DNA of 64,000 nt from Candidatus Undivivens industriae (GCA_012514745.1 JAAYZR010000015.1:7479-71478); one strand, 5' to 3'; positions 37,911 to 48,051 are shown, numbered from the stretch's first letter. The notes: generated by a model from the sequence alone, not told the origin. Translations and numbers: made by a program.

Positions 37911-38881
37911 CGGCCTACCTCCTTATGCTGTTGCTTCCGGGGTAACGCAGTCCCCGCGGTCCAAACACGCCACCGGCGGTTCATTCCGCTAATCAGACGC
38001 GCCAAATTAGAAGCCTCACGATGTGAAGATACCACGGCGAACACGCAAGAACCGCTGCCCGACATGGCATTAGCTTCTATCCCAAGGCGCGCAAAAGATT
38101 CTTTTACGCGCCTGACTTCCGGATATAAGTCAACAGCAACACTTTCCAGGCCGTTGAATAACTCGCCATTATAGCCGGGAAAAACATGCCGGCTATAACC
38201 TGAATTTATTATTTTAACATTATTTAAAGATTTTGTCAATACGTCTTTCTTGCGGAGAGAGCGCTTTCTATCCCACTCCCGGTAAGTCAAAGGAGTAGGC
38301 GCGCTTACGGAAGGAAAGACCAGAACGTGATAAAAAAACAGTTTGTCCAGCCTGTGTAATGGTTTGATTTTTTCTCCTCTGCCTGTCCCAAGCCCGAAAG
38401 GACATTCGTGAAGAAAAAAGGCCGTGTCCGAACCGATAGAGGACGCTATCCCGTATAACTTGCTGAATGGTAACTTCAAACCGGCCATACGGTTCAACCC
38501 CAGTATCACCGCCGCCGCGTTTCCCGAACCGCCGCCCAAACCCGCGCCGGGTGGAATGTTCTTGCGTATGCTGATATCCGCTCCGGCCTTATCCCGAACG
38601 CCGCAAAGTTTGAATAACTCATCGGCGGCCCGATAGGCCAGGTTGCCTTCATCCTGCGGAACCCCCGGATAACCGCAGGAGACCTTGATAACGCCGTCAT
38701 CTCGAAGCCGGACGCTAATCTCGTCGCACAAATCTATGCACTCGAAAAGAGTGCGGATATCATGATACCCATCCCTGCGCCTGCGCAGGATCTCCAGATA
38801 AAGATTTATCTTGGCGTATGAGGGAAAAACCGCCCGGATCCCCGAGGGTATCTTCCGTAAAAACATGGGTTTGCGCCTCAA
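37892..38881 (-). CDS. ispE: 4-diphosphocytidyl-2-C-methyl-D-erythritol kinase
   Basis: GHMP kinase motif [15 protein letters not shown] and an N-terminus …AKINLYLEI…. The start is uncertain (Met 38881 or 38866). Confidence 0.85.
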   Translation of the reverse strand: MRRKPMFLRKIPSGIRAVFPSYAKINLYLEILRRRRDGYHDIRTLFECIDLCDEISVRLRDDGVIKVSCGYPGVPQDEGNLAYRAADELFKLCGVRDKAGADISIRKNIPPGAGLGGGSGNAAAVILGLNRMAGLKLPFSKLYGIASSIGSDTAFFLHECPFGLGTGRGEKIKPLHRLDKLFFYHVLVFPSVSAPTPLTYREWDRKRSLRKKDVLTKSLNNVKIINSGYSRHVFPGYNGELFNGLESVAVDLYPEVRRVKESFARLGIEANAMSGSGSCVFAVVSSHREASNLARLISGMNRRWRVWTAGTALPRKQQHKEVGRWRSPK

Positions 38882-39813
38882 CCGCGGATGCTTTCCAAAG
38901 CCGCTCTTTCCACGTCTTCTGCGGTAAGTTTATAGCTTTTGATCAGCTCATCCGGATCGCCGGACTGCCCGAACCTTTCCTTTATAGCGACAGCGGCCAC
39001 CCTGCCGCAATAACCTTCTTCCTGCAAGGTTTCCGCGACCGCCGAGCATAACCCGCCGACTATAGAATGTTCTTCACAGACCACTATGCCGCGAACCGTC
39101 CCCGCCGCCTCTTTCACCGCGTCCGCGTCGAAAGGCCTCAAGGTATGCATATTGATCACGCGCGCCCGCACGCCTTTGCCGGCCAGCTTTTCCGCGGCCT
39201 TCAAGGCGTTACCTACCATCATACCGCAGGCGATAATGGCGACATCGCCGCCTTCCCGGAGCACCTGCGCCTTGCCCAGGCGAAAATCCTCCGTTCCCTC
39301 TATCGTCGGGACCTTCGCGCGGCCCAGGCGTATGTAAAAAGGCCCCGGGGTCTCCGCTGCCGCCAGCACCGCCGCTTTAGTCTGCGGACCGTCGCAGGGA
39401 ACGACCACGTTTATTCCAGGTATCACGCGCACCAAAGCCAGATCTTCCAGCGCCTGATGGCTCGCCCCGTCAGGCCCGACCGTCAATCCGGCGTGAGTGG
39501 CAACTATCTTAACATTCAAATGATTGTAGCATATCCCGTTGCGCACCTGGTCCCAGGCGCGGCCGGTGGCGAAGATGGCGAAAGTGGAAGCGAATACCGT
39601 TTTGCCGGACACCGCCAGCCCGGCGGCGACGCCCATCAGGTTTTGCTCCGCCACCCCCATATTGAAAAACCTCTCCGGGAACGCCTTGGCGAACAGACCG
39701 GTCCTGGTGGAGCTGGAAAGATCCGCGTCCAGCACCACTATATCCGGATTCTTGCCGCCCAGTTCCACGAGAGTCTTGCCGTAAACATCCCTTTGATAGA
39801 ATAATTCAGCCAT
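38878..39813 (-). CDS. Transketolase, C-terminal (pyrimidine-binding) subunit
   Basis: 311 aa from a split transketolase. …FNMGVAEQNLMGVAAGLA…. Confidence 0.85.
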   Translation of the reverse strand: MAELFYQRDVYGKTLVELGGKNPDIVVLDADLSSSTRTGLFAKAFPERFFNMGVAEQNLMGVAAGLAVSGKTVFASTFAIFATGRAWDQVRNGICYNHLNVKIVATHAGLTVGPDGASHQALEDLALVRVIPGINVVVPCDGPQTKAAVLAAAETPGPFYIRLGRAKVPTIEGTEDFRLGKAQVLREGGDVAIIACGMMVGNALKAAEKLAGKGVRARVINMHTLRPFDADAVKEAAGTVRGIVVCEEHSIVGGLCSAVAETLQEEGYCGRVAAVAIKERFGQSGDPDELIKSYKLTAEDVERAALESIRG

Positions 39814-39833
39814 AGAATTTTTCTCCGCGACGG

Positions 39834-40655
39834 CTACGCCAATTCCTTCAACGCCTGTTCCGTCTCTTCTTTAGTGGGCGCGCGCCCGTGGAACTCCACG
39901 TTATTTTCCATGAAAGAAACGCCTTTACCTTTTATGGTATGGGCGATAATCACGCTCGGCCTTCCTTTTACTCCGGCGGCTTCTTTATAGGCGCCGAGAA
40001 TCGCCGCCATGTCGTGCCCGTCTATTTCGATCGCGTGCCAGCCGAAAGCCTCCCATTTGGCCTTTATCGGCTCAAGGCCCATTATATCCGACGTCCTGCC
40101 GTCTACCTGCAGCCCGTTATGATCGACTATGCCGCAAAGATTATCGCATTTGTAATGAGCGGCGGACATCGCGGCTTCCCAGATATTGCCTTCCTGTGTC
40201 TCGCCGTCTCCCATCAACACGTAAATCCTGCTTTGTCTGCCGTCCAGCCGCGCCGCCAGCGACATACCCACACCCACGGAAAGCCCCTGCCCGAGAGACC
40301 CGGAGGACAATTCTACTCCCGGAGCGCGCCTGTCCGGATGACCCTGCAGTATGGAGCCGAATTTACGCAAAGTGGACAGCTCGCACTGCGGCATGTAACC
40401 GTCCGCCGCCAACACCGAGAACCAAAGCGGACAGCAATGCCCTTTTGACATATGGAACCTGTCTCTGTCGGGCCACGCGGGATCGGACGGGTTATGCCTC
40501 AGCACGGAAAAATAAAGAGCGGTAACCAGATCCGCGGAAGAAAGACTTCCCCCGGGATGCCCGGAGCCGGCGGCAGATACCATCTGGATTATGCTTCTTC
40601 TGATCTGCCTTGCCTTTTCTTGAAGTTGCCGTATATCTAAAGTTTCATTTCCCAT
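39834..40655 (-). CDS. Transketolase, N-terminal (TPP-binding) subunit
   Basis: 273 aa with GDG…N TPP motif context (LMGDGETQEGNIWEA). Confidence 0.85.
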   Translation of the reverse strand: MGNETLDIRQLQEKARQIRRSIIQMVSAAGSGHPGGSLSSADLVTALYFSVLRHNPSDPAWPDRDRFHMSKGHCCPLWFSVLAADGYMPQCELSTLRKFGSILQGHPDRRAPGVELSSGSLGQGLSVGVGMSLAARLDGRQSRIYVLMGDGETQEGNIWEAAMSAAHYKCDNLCGIVDHNGLQVDGRTSDIMGLEPIKAKWEAFGWHAIEIDGHDMAAILGAYKEAAGVKGRPSVIIAHTIKGKGVSFMENNVEFHGRAPTKEETEQALKELA

Positions 40656-41673
40656 TTTTGACCGGTTCTCCGTTCTTCTCCGCCTGCCCGGACAGTTTTT
40701 CCAGTTTCGCTCTCACTTCTTCCTGTTCGGGGTCGAGCCGCAGAGACTCCCGCCATTCCTGCGCGGCTTTATCTTTATCTCCAGTCTTAAGATAGAAATC
40801 ACCAAGGTGGTCAAGTATCACCGGATCGTTCAACAGTGAAGCAGCTTTTCTCAATTCCCTGCCCGCCTCTTTTATCATTCCCTTCTTGAAATAAAGCCAG
40901 CCCAGGCTGTCGACATAAGCGCCGTTGTCCGGAGCCAGGGAAACGGCCTTTTTTATCATCGCCTCCGCTTCCCTGATGTGGCGGCCTTCCTCAAGGTACA
41001 TATACCCGAGATAATTAAGGGCCTGGTGGCAATCCCCGTTTAAAGCTATGGTCTTGACCAGTTCGGCCTCGGCGCCTTTCTTGTCTCCCAGACGGTAACG
41101 TATATCCCCGAGATAAAAATGCGCCTCCCAGGAAGAAGGCGACAGATTTACTATCCTGCGGAACACCTGCTCGGCCTGCTCCAGCTTACCGCGGTAAAGA
41201 TACAGCCGCCCCAGGCTGACGGATATCCTGGCGTCGTCAGGTTTGGTCTCCGCCGCCGCACGCAAGGCGCTTTCGTATTCCTGTATGGCTTTATCGGGCT
41301 CTTCCAGCAGATAATAGACCAGCGACAGCAAAGCGTGGGGTTCCGCCATCTCCGGGCGCAACTTTGCCGCCGACTGCAGTTCCACGACGGCGCCGGGATA
41401 ATCCTCCTCGCCCATGTAACAAACGGCGAGTTTCATGCGGATGTAAACGTTTTGCGGGTCGGCCTTGAGCGCCTTTTTGAATTCCCGTATGGAATTTTTT
41501 TGCTCGCCGCGGCGGTTGTAAATCAATCCGGTTATATAATGGCTCAACGCAGAGGCTTTCGCGCTTTCCGCCGCCCGGCAGGCGCCGGCGCAGATGAGGA
41601 CAAAGAACAACAATGCGGGTATTGAACCCCGGGAGATAAAACTCTTTATGCTGAAAGGTTTCGGAAGGGCCAT
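40645..41673 (-). CDS. TPR-repeat lipoprotein
   Basis: Signal peptide with a lipobox-like AGAC, then multiple TPR repeats. Confidence 0.65.
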   Translation of the reverse strand: MALPKPFSIKSFISRGSIPALLFFVLICAGACRAAESAKASALSHYITGLIYNRRGEQKNSIREFKKALKADPQNVYIRMKLAVCYMGEEDYPGAVVELQSAAKLRPEMAEPHALLSLVYYLLEEPDKAIQEYESALRAAAETKPDDARISVSLGRLYLYRGKLEQAEQVFRRIVNLSPSSWEAHFYLGDIRYRLGDKKGAEAELVKTIALNGDCHQALNYLGYMYLEEGRHIREAEAMIKKAVSLAPDNGAYVDSLGWLYFKKGMIKEAGRELRKAASLLNDPVILDHLGDFYLKTGDKDKAAQEWRESLRLDPEQEEVRAKLEKLSGQAEKNGEPVKNGK

Positions 41674-41703
41674 TTTTATCCCGGAACTCGCGCGTGACGG
41701 CGT

Positions 41704-41770
41704 AATTCCGGGGACACAATACTTAATTGTGTGTGCTTTTAGGAATAATTAAGTATTGTGTCCCCGGATT
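41704..41770. repeat. REPIN between the TPR lipoprotein gene and the small basic ORF
   Basis: Forward copy 41704..41728, inverted copy 41747..41770 (1-nt deletion). The spacer GTGTGTGCTTTTAGGAAT is homologous to the spacer of the 45427 REPIN in reverse. Confidence 0.9.
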
Positions 41771-41777
41771 ACGTTTA

Positions 41778-41879
41778 CTAATTCCAGTCTCTCTTCTTCA
41801 CGTGACGCAGACGGCGGCGCATTTTCTTGCGCTTATGCGTCCGTATCTTGATTCTTTTTCTTTTTTTGCCGCAAGGCAT
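41778..41879 (-). CDS. Small, highly basic protein (33 aa), co-transcribed downstream of hisG
   Basis: MPCGKKRKRIKIRTHKRKKMRRRLRHVKKRDWN. The RBS GGAGGAG lies 6 nt upstream and the gene is 13 nt after the hisG stop. It is below the ORF-track length cutoff. Confidence 0.45.
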   Translation of the reverse strand: MPCGKKRKRIKIRTHKRKKMRRRLRHVKKRDWN

Positions 41880-41892
41880 TTGACTCCTCCGC

Positions 41893-42792
41893 TTAATATA
41901 TTACTTTATTCAAAGGATATTCGATTATCCCTTCAGCGCCGGCTTTTTTTAAACCGGGTATCAACATGCGCACAACCTTCTCGTCGATAATAGTCTCCAC
42001 GGCGCACCACTCTTCCTGCGCCAGACCGGAGATGGTCGGCCTCTTGAGAGCCGGGAGGAGAGAGATGACTTTATTCAAGTCCTTCCTGCGGACGTTCATC
42101 TTCAAACCTACCTTTTCCTCCGCGTTTATCGCGCCCTTCAAAAGCATCGCTATCTGTTGCATTTTATCGTTCTTCCAGGAGTCCTTGAAGGCTTTCTTAT
42201 TGGCTATGAACTGAGTGGTCGACTCGCAGATAGTAGCGATTATCTTTAGCTTATTGGCCTTAAGGCTTCTGCCGGTCTCGGTCAAATCCACGATCGCGTC
42301 CACCAGCCCGGAATTCACCTTCACCTCGGTGGCGCCCCAACTGAATTCGACCTCGGCGTTAACTTTCTGCTCCTTGAGATATTTTCTGGTGGCGTTGGCC
42401 AGCTCGGTGGCGATACGTTTATTGTTCAACTGCTTTACAGAATCGATCCCCGAGCATTCCGGTACCGCCAGCACCCAACGCACCTTGCTCATACTCTGTT
42501 TGGCGTAAGCCAGGTCGGTGATCCTGACGACGTCGGACCCGTTCTCGATTATCCAATCCTCGCCGGTTATGCCGCAGTCAAGCACGCCTTCCTGGACGTA
42601 ACGAGACATCTCCTGGGCCCTGAGCAGTATCGCTTCTATCTCCGGATCGCCTGTAGAGGGGAAATAAGAACGCTCCGAAGGCAGGGTGACATTAAAGCCG
42701 GCTTTCCGGAACATTTTGAAAGTCGCTTCCTGAAGGCTACCTTTTGGCAAGCCGAGCTTTAAAACCTTATTCTGTTTTTTATTCACAACCAT
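41893..42792 (-). CDS. hisG: ATP phosphoribosyltransferase (long form with C-terminal regulatory domain)
   Basis: [22 protein letters not shown]… The start was chosen at ATG 42792. The track ORF has a 30-aa N-terminal extension. Confidence 0.85.
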   Translation of the reverse strand: MVVNKKQNKVLKLGLPKGSLQEATFKMFRKAGFNVTLPSERSYFPSTGDPEIEAILLRAQEMSRYVQEGVLDCGITGEDWIIENGSDVVRITDLAYAKQSMSKVRWVLAVPECSGIDSVKQLNNKRIATELANATRKYLKEQKVNAEVEFSWGATEVKVNSGLVDAIVDLTETGRSLKANKLKIIATICESTTQFIANKKAFKDSWKNDKMQQIAMLLKGAINAEEKVGLKMNVRRKDLNKVISLLPALKRPTISGLAQEEWCAVETIIDEKVVRMLIPGLKKAGAEGIIEYPLNKVIY

Positions 42793-43349
42793 ACTGCCTC
42801 CGATAAATGCGGTCATTCTTTCCGGACTCCCCTGAAGCCCACAGGCAAACGCCGGGCAGCCGGAAAGAACAGAAAGAAACACCTTTATTGTAGAAAGAAT
42901 TAAGCTCCCCAGGCTTTAGACCGTGGTAATGCTTAGACAAACCACGAATAAGTTTACCCTCATACCGGCCACAACAATAACCACGGGGAAAACGCAAAAA
43001 ATATCCTTTTATGCTCCTTTTTTAGAAGCACTTCCGGAATAGTTTCTTAATTATACAGATGGAAAAGCCTTTTGTAAAGCAACTAATTGATTAAAACATA
43101 AGCTGGATCCCGTGCCTCAGGTCGTCCTTGCGGGGAACAAAAAGGCAAAGCAACCGTTCCCCGCCGGATCACTCCGTAAAAAAAGCCTGCAATGACCATA
43201 TATCCTAAGAAGTATTGCTCGGGAGGACAAGATTCCGAGGCATTTTCTTGCTCCCGCCTTTGCTTTTATTTTTGCTGTCCCGACATTTCAAATATTAATT
43301 ATTGTCTCTACGGTTCGAAAAGAGTATAATTGGATAAAAGGATAACGAT

Positions 43350-43589
43350 ATGGCGATAATTATACGCAATATCTTCACGCTCACGTTCATAGCCTGTTGC
43401 TTTTATTATCTCTATATCTTCCTTTTTCGCAAAATAAACGACCTCTCCGGCTTCTCCAGCGGAGAGGATATCTGGAACCACCCCGAAGCCTATTTCGATC
43501 CCGAAGTTTGCAAATACATACATGTCCCGGCCTATATAGCGGTCTTTAGTTGGTGCGCGGCTGCGCTCATCCATCTCGTCACCGCTTAA
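43350..43589 (+). CDS. Hypothetical small membrane protein
   Basis: 79 aa and hydrophobic, with an AAAGGA RBS. It lies just upstream of the ppiD-like gene. Support is weak. Confidence 0.3.
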   Translation: MAIIIRNIFTLTFIACCFYYLYIFLFRKINDLSGFSSGEDIWNHPEAYFDPEVCKYIHVPAYIAVFSWCAAALIHLVTA

Positions 43590-43625
43590 GTAACCCGGCA
43601 CAATCCCCCTGCGGAGGTTAATATC

Positions 43626-45044
43626 ATGTGGAGCAAAAGAACAAAAAAAACCATCTGGATCATACTTTTGATAGCCATTTTGCCGGGTTTCGTTCTCTGG
43701 GGATTTTTCGATTCCATAAAGAAATCCCCCGGCCAAAGCCACTACGCCGGCAGAATATACGGCAGGAAGATTACCAGCCGGGAATACCAGTCCGCTCTCC
43801 AGGCGGTTAATACGGCTGCCGCTATGCGTCTCGGAGATAAACTCCAGCAAATGCAACAGTATCTCAACCTCGAAGGGCAAGCATGGCAGCGTCTGCTCAT
43901 GCTTGAAGAAGCATCCCGCCGCAGAATAAGAATCCCGGACAAGGAAGTGGTGAGAACGATTCGGAGTTATTCTTTTCTGCAGAATAAAAAGGGAGAATTC
44001 GACGAAAAGCAATACCGGCAGGTTCTGCGCTACGTATTCCACGTCCCCGCCAGAGCTTTCGAAGAGCAGGTGCGCGGGGACATAGCCATAGAGAAGCTGT
44101 TTCAAGAGGTGACCGCCGGAATCGAAGTCGGGGACACCGAGATAAAAGAATCCTACAACAAGGCCAACGAAGAAATAAGCGTCAAATACATAGCGGCCCT
44201 GCCCGCGGAGATAGCCGCCGATTTTTCCGTGCCGGATGAAGAAATAAAAGCCTATTTCACCGCCAACAACCTGCTTTTCAAGAAACCGCTCACCTACAAC
44301 CTGGAATATGTTATGCTCGGGGCGGACGCGCCGGAGAATAAGATACAAGAAACCCTGCAGCGTTTCGTCAAAGCCGCCGATCTCAGGGATGAGGCCAAGA
44401 ATATGGGACTTGAGGCCAAGGAAACCGGACTCTTCGCCGAGAACGGCCCTATCCCGGGAATAGGCTGGTCGCAGAAATTGATGGAACGCCTCACCAACTC
44501 CTCCGCCGGTAAATTCCTGCCGCCGGTCAAAACCTCTACCGGGATCTTCCTGCTCAAAATCAAAGAAAAAAAAGAGCCGTATATCCCTCCGTTTGAGGAG
44601 ATCAAAGACGAAGTGAAGAAAAAGATGGTATCGCAGAAGTCCGTCCAGGAAGCGAAGAAAAGAATAGAAGAATGCCTCTCAAAGATCAAAGCCGCGGCGG
44701 CAGCCAAAGAACCGGTGTCGCTCGAACAGCTGGCTAAATCCCTGTCGCTTAAGTCTGGCAAGACCGGGGATTTTAAATTCGGCAGTTATATCGAAGGCAT
44801 CGGGGCCTCCGACGCTTTTTACACGGAAGCGAAGAAACTTTCGCCCGGACAATACAGCGGCGTGATAAAGGCCTCCTCCGGTTTTTATATCATCTCTCCG
44901 GATTCGTTCAAGCCGGTGGATGAGAATAAATTCGCCCAGGAGAAAAAAGAGTTCGCCCGCGGCCTGCTTTTCAAGAAACAGAACGAAGCCTTCGATCAAT
45001 TCATGCGGGAAGTAGAGAAGAAATCCGCGGCGAAAAAGTTCTAA
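43626..45044 (+). CDS. Membrane-anchored periplasmic chaperone / PPIase, PpiD/SurA-like
   Basis: N-terminal TM helix (TIWIILLIAILPGFVLWGFF) followed by a SurA_N-like domain. 472 aa. Confidence 0.65.
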   Translation: MWSKRTKKTIWIILLIAILPGFVLWGFFDSIKKSPGQSHYAGRIYGRKITSREYQSALQAVNTAAAMRLGDKLQQMQQYLNLEGQAWQRLLMLEEASRRRIRIPDKEVVRTIRSYSFLQNKKGEFDEKQYRQVLRYVFHVPARAFEEQVRGDIAIEKLFQEVTAGIEVGDTEIKESYNKANEEISVKYIAALPAEIAADFSVPDEEIKAYFTANNLLFKKPLTYNLEYVMLGADAPENKIQETLQRFVKAADLRDEAKNMGLEAKETGLFAENGPIPGIGWSQKLMERLTNSSAGKFLPPVKTSTGIFLLKIKEKKEPYIPPFEEIKDEVKKKMVSQKSVQEAKKRIEECLSKIKAAAAAKEPVSLEQLAKSLSLKSGKTGDFKFGSYIEGIGASDAFYTEAKKLSPGQYSGVIKASSGFYIISPDSFKPVDENKFAQEKKEFARGLLFKKQNEAFDQFMREVEKKSAAKKF

Positions 45045-45058
45045 AAAACGTCCGCAAT

Positions 45059-45091
45059 GAAAATCCCCGGGGTTGAAAGCCGGGGATTTTT
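45059..45091. terminator. Bidirectional rho-independent terminator between convergent ppiD-like (+) and ferredoxin (−) genes
   Basis: Symmetric AAAATCCCCGG-GGTTGAAAG-CCGGGGATTTTT. A second hairpin lies at 45105..45133. Confidence 0.55.
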
Positions 45092-45155
45092 GCGGTTTGA
45101 TTTAGAAGCCCCGCATGCAAACGCGGGGCTTTTAAATCGTTATTCGGTGTTCTGA

Positions 45156-45338
45156 TTACTCCACTTTGATGGCGCTGACCGGGCACTGCTCGGCGATCTC
45201 GCTTATATTATGCGTATTGCAGGTATCCGCCTTGCTATGCGCGACACCGTCAGCCTGAATCTCGAATACCTCCGGGCACAACTGCTCGCACAATCCGCAG
45301 CCCACGCACACGGAAGCGTCAATAGTCACCTTTGCCAT
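45156..45338 (-). CDS. 4Fe-4S ferredoxin
   Basis: 60 aa with two Cys clusters (CVGCGLCEQLCP … C…C). Confidence 0.8.
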   Translation of the reverse strand: MAKVTIDASVCVGCGLCEQLCPEVFEIQADGVAHSKADTCNTHNISEIAEQCPVSAIKVE

Positions 45339-45426
45339 TTTTCATTCCTCCTGAATGGAACCTTGGAACTAAAACCAGAGGCCCCTGTTTTTTCCGGCGA
45401 AGCTCCGGCTCCCCCGGTACATGGTC

Positions 45427-45492
45427 ATTCCGGGGACACAATACTTAATTATTTCTAAAACCACACACAATTAAGTATTGTGTCCCCGGAAT
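45427..45492. repeat. REPIN between the ferredoxin and rubrerythrin-like genes
   Basis: Forward copy 45427..45450, inverted copy 45469..45492. The rubrerythrin-like stop abuts it. Confidence 0.9.
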
Positions 45493-45493
45493 C

Positions 45494-45973
45494 TTAGCGC
45501 TCCATAAGATTCTCAAACATCTCTTCGTGTTCGATTTCCTCGGCGAGTATATGCACAACCAACTGATAGGTTACGTGGTCCTTACCGAACGTCTTCTTAG
45601 CGATCTTGTTGTAAACATCTATCGCGGAAGCCTCGGCTTCGGTAACGATGCGGATTATACGGTTGATATCCGCTCCGTTCTTGGGAGGCATTATGTAAGG
45701 CGCGTTGGCGTTTTTTTCAAGTTCCATCGGATTGGCTATCGGGACACCGCCCAGTTTCGTGATCAGGTCGGCCAGTTCTTCAGCGTGTTCCTTCTCATCC
45801 GCGGCGATTTTCTTCAGCAATTCCTTCATATCCTCGTAGGCCTTGCCGCAGACTATCTGGGCCATATACCAATAAAGATAATGCGCCAGCCATTCGTCGG
45901 CGTAAGCTTTCGTCAGGTCTTTGACGATATCCTTAAGTGGAATTTCCGTTATCGCCCTTGCCTGCTTTCCCAT
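45494..45973 (-). CDS. Ferritin-like diiron protein (rubrerythrin/bacterioferritin superfamily, no rubredoxin domain)
   Basis: Paired E…ExxH motifs (EKEHAEEL … EEIEHEEMF). Confidence 0.6.
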   Translation of the reverse strand: MGKQARAITEIPLKDIVKDLTKAYADEWLAHYLYWYMAQIVCGKAYEDMKELLKKIAADEKEHAEELADLITKLGGVPIANPMELEKNANAPYIMPPKNGADINRIIRIVTEAEASAIDVYNKIAKKTFGKDHVTYQLVVHILAEEIEHEEMFENLMER

Positions 45974-45989
45974 GACCTACCCCCTTCCG

Positions 45990-46877
45990 CTAATTCCCGG
46001 AGACCTGGTCCCTGAGCCCGTATTTCCTGACATTATTGTCAGCGATCTCCTGGATCTTCTTTATTTCCTCGGCGGCACCTGTGAGGTGCTTAAACCTTCC
46101 CTGCATTTTCAGGTACTCTTCCACAGGTTTGGCCTGTGTTAGTTTACGCACGGCGGAGAGCTGTCCATTCTCATACTCAAACAGCGGATAAAGACCGGTT
46201 TCTACGGCTGCTTTCGCCACGGTAAGGGTAAGGCTCGAATCGTGCCTCCACCCGAGCGGGCATGGGACATGTATCTGCATATATTTGGGGCCTTTTATTG
46301 AAAAGGCTTTCTTGACCTTTCTCTGGATGTCCTGCGGGAACGCTACCGAGGCCGTCGCTACATACGGGATGCCGTGCGCCACGGCTATCTCCGGCAGGGC
46401 TTTCTTGGGCCGCAAATTGCCGAAAGACTGTTTGCCGGCCGGGCTGGTGGTAGTGTTGGAATCGAAAGGCGTCAGGCCGCTGCGCTGGACACCGGTGTTC
46501 ATATAAGCTTCATTATCGTAGCAAACGTAGAGAATGTCGTGACCGCGTTCCAGCATTCCCGAGAGAGCCTGCAGGCCGATATCGGCGGTCCCGCCGTCGC
46601 CGGCCTGGGCAATAACGTTGATACCGTCTTTCTTGCCCAGGAACTTGAGTGCGGATTCGACTCCGGAAGCCACTGCCGCGCAGTTCTCGAATAAAGAATG
46701 GATAAACGGGACCTCCCAGGCTGACTCCGGGTATTTCGTGGAAAACACCTCCAGACAGCCGGTGTTATTGACTACTATAGTGTTCGGCCCGCCGGCGTCT
46801 ATGACAAGTCTCGCCGCCAAAGACTGGCCGCATCCCGCGCAGGCGGTATGACCCGAGACAAAAAGGTTCTTATTCAT
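45990..46877 (-). CDS. porB: Pyruvate/2-oxoacid:ferredoxin oxidoreductase, beta (TPP-binding) subunit
   Basis: …GHTACAGCG… N-terminus and the TPP-binding GDG motif (AQAGDGGTADIG). Confidence 0.85.
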   Translation of the reverse strand: MNKNLFVSGHTACAGCGQSLAARLVIDAGGPNTIVVNNTGCLEVFSTKYPESAWEVPFIHSLFENCAAVASGVESALKFLGKKDGINVIAQAGDGGTADIGLQALSGMLERGHDILYVCYDNEAYMNTGVQRSGLTPFDSNTTTSPAGKQSFGNLRPKKALPEIAVAHGIPYVATASVAFPQDIQRKVKKAFSIKGPKYMQIHVPCPLGWRHDSSLTLTVAKAAVETGLYPLFEYENGQLSAVRKLTQAKPVEEYLKMQGRFKHLTGAAEEIKKIQEIADNNVRKYGLRDQVSGN

Positions 46878-48051
46878 AACTCTCCTTTAGAAGTTCCGGC
46901 TTCAGGTCTATGAACTCGCCGTTTCTTTCCCTGCCGTTTAGTAATTTTATCACTTCCCTGATCGAGTCTTTGGTAATGTCCCTGCCGCCGAGCCCGACCA
47001 CGAAACTGCTGATCACAGAAGGGGCCTTTTTCTTGCCGAAGAAAGCCGCTTTGACTTCCGAAGCCAGCGGGGCGGTCGACCCCAGAGACAACGCCCTGTC
47101 TATCACGGCGACCTTGGAGGCGCCTTTGAGCGCGTCGTATATTTGCTGCGCCGGGAACGGCCGCAGACAGGATACTTTCAACATTCCTATCTTCTTGCCC
47201 TTCGCCCTGGCTTCGTCTATGACTTCTTTGATGGTGCCGCAGACGGAGCCGATGGCGACGATCACCTTTTCGGCGCCCTCGAGATGATAACCTTCCACCA
47301 ATCCGTTATACTTTCGGCCGAAGGTCTTGGCGAACTCCGCGGTTATCTGAGGGAGCATATCCAAAACCTTCTTGTGCGTCTCCTGCAGGGCATAACGCGT
47401 CTCCGTGTAATATTCCGGATCCACCAGCGGCCCCATGGTCACCGGGGCTGCCGGGTCGAGCTTATACGGAGCGATATATGGAGGCAGGAAACTATCCACC
47501 ATCGCCTGCTCGGGGATATCGACCGTCTCGATCCCGTGAGTAAGGACAAATCCGTCCATGCAGACCATAACCGGGAGCATGATCGATTTATTCTCGGCGA
47601 GTTTGTAAGCTATAAGGTGCAGGTCCACCGCTTCCTGAATATCTTCGGCGTGCAGTTGTATCCAGCCGCTGTCGCGCAGGGATACCGCGTCTTGCTGATC
47701 GTTCCAGATATTAATGGGAGCCGAAACAGCCCTGGCCGCGCAGGTCATCACCACCGGCAATCTCATCCCGGCGATGTTAAAAAGCACTTCGAACATATAA
47801 AACAATCCCTGGGAACTGGTCGCGGTGTAAGAGCGCACGCCGGTAGCCGACGCCCCCAGCACCACGGAGGCCGCGGAATGTTCCGATTCCACGTTCACGG
47901 TCTGCGCCGCGAGTTTCCCGTCGGAAACAAACTGCGCCAAGTCCTCTACGATGTGCGTCTGCGGGGTTATGGGATAGGCGGATATCACGCCGGGTTTGCA
48001 TTGGCGCACGACCTCCGCTACTGCGTGTGAACCTTCAACGAACTCTTTCAT
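46870..48051 (-). CDS. porA: Pyruvate/2-oxoacid:ferredoxin oxidoreductase, alpha subunit
   Basis: 393 aa with PorA N- and C-domains. It overlaps porB by 8 nt. Confidence 0.85.
   Translation of the reverse strand: MKEFVEGSHAVAEVVRQCKPGVISAYPITPQTHIVEDLAQFVSDGKLAAQTVNVESEHSAASVVLGASATGVRSYTATSSQGLFYMFEVLFNIAGMRLPVVMTCAARAVSAPINIWNDQQDAVSLRDSGWIQLHAEDIQEAVDLHLIAYKLAENKSIMLPVMVCMDGFVLTHGIETVDIPEQAMVDSFLPPYIAPYKLDPAAPVTMGPLVDPEYYTETRYALQETHKKVLDMLPQITAEFAKTFGRKYNGLVEGYHLEGAEKVIVAIGSVCGTIKEVIDEARAKGKKIGMLKVSCLRPFPAQQIYDALKGASKVAVIDRALSLGSTAPLASEVKAAFFGKKKAPSVISSFVVGLGGRDITKDSIREVIKLLNGRERNGEFIDLKPELLKESYE

Noticed and set aside
42793-43000. Possible his-operon leader, T-box or attenuator upstream of hisG (ORF 42779..42997 on the minus strand)
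   Set aside because: The candidate leader ORF has no His-codon run, and I could not identify specifier/T-box features by eye. It is left as an unannotated 5′ leader.
43308-44348. 346-aa minus-strand ORF
   Set aside because: It is a shadow ORF antisense to the ppiD/SurA-like gene (43626..45044), which has a TM anchor and chaperone-domain similarity.
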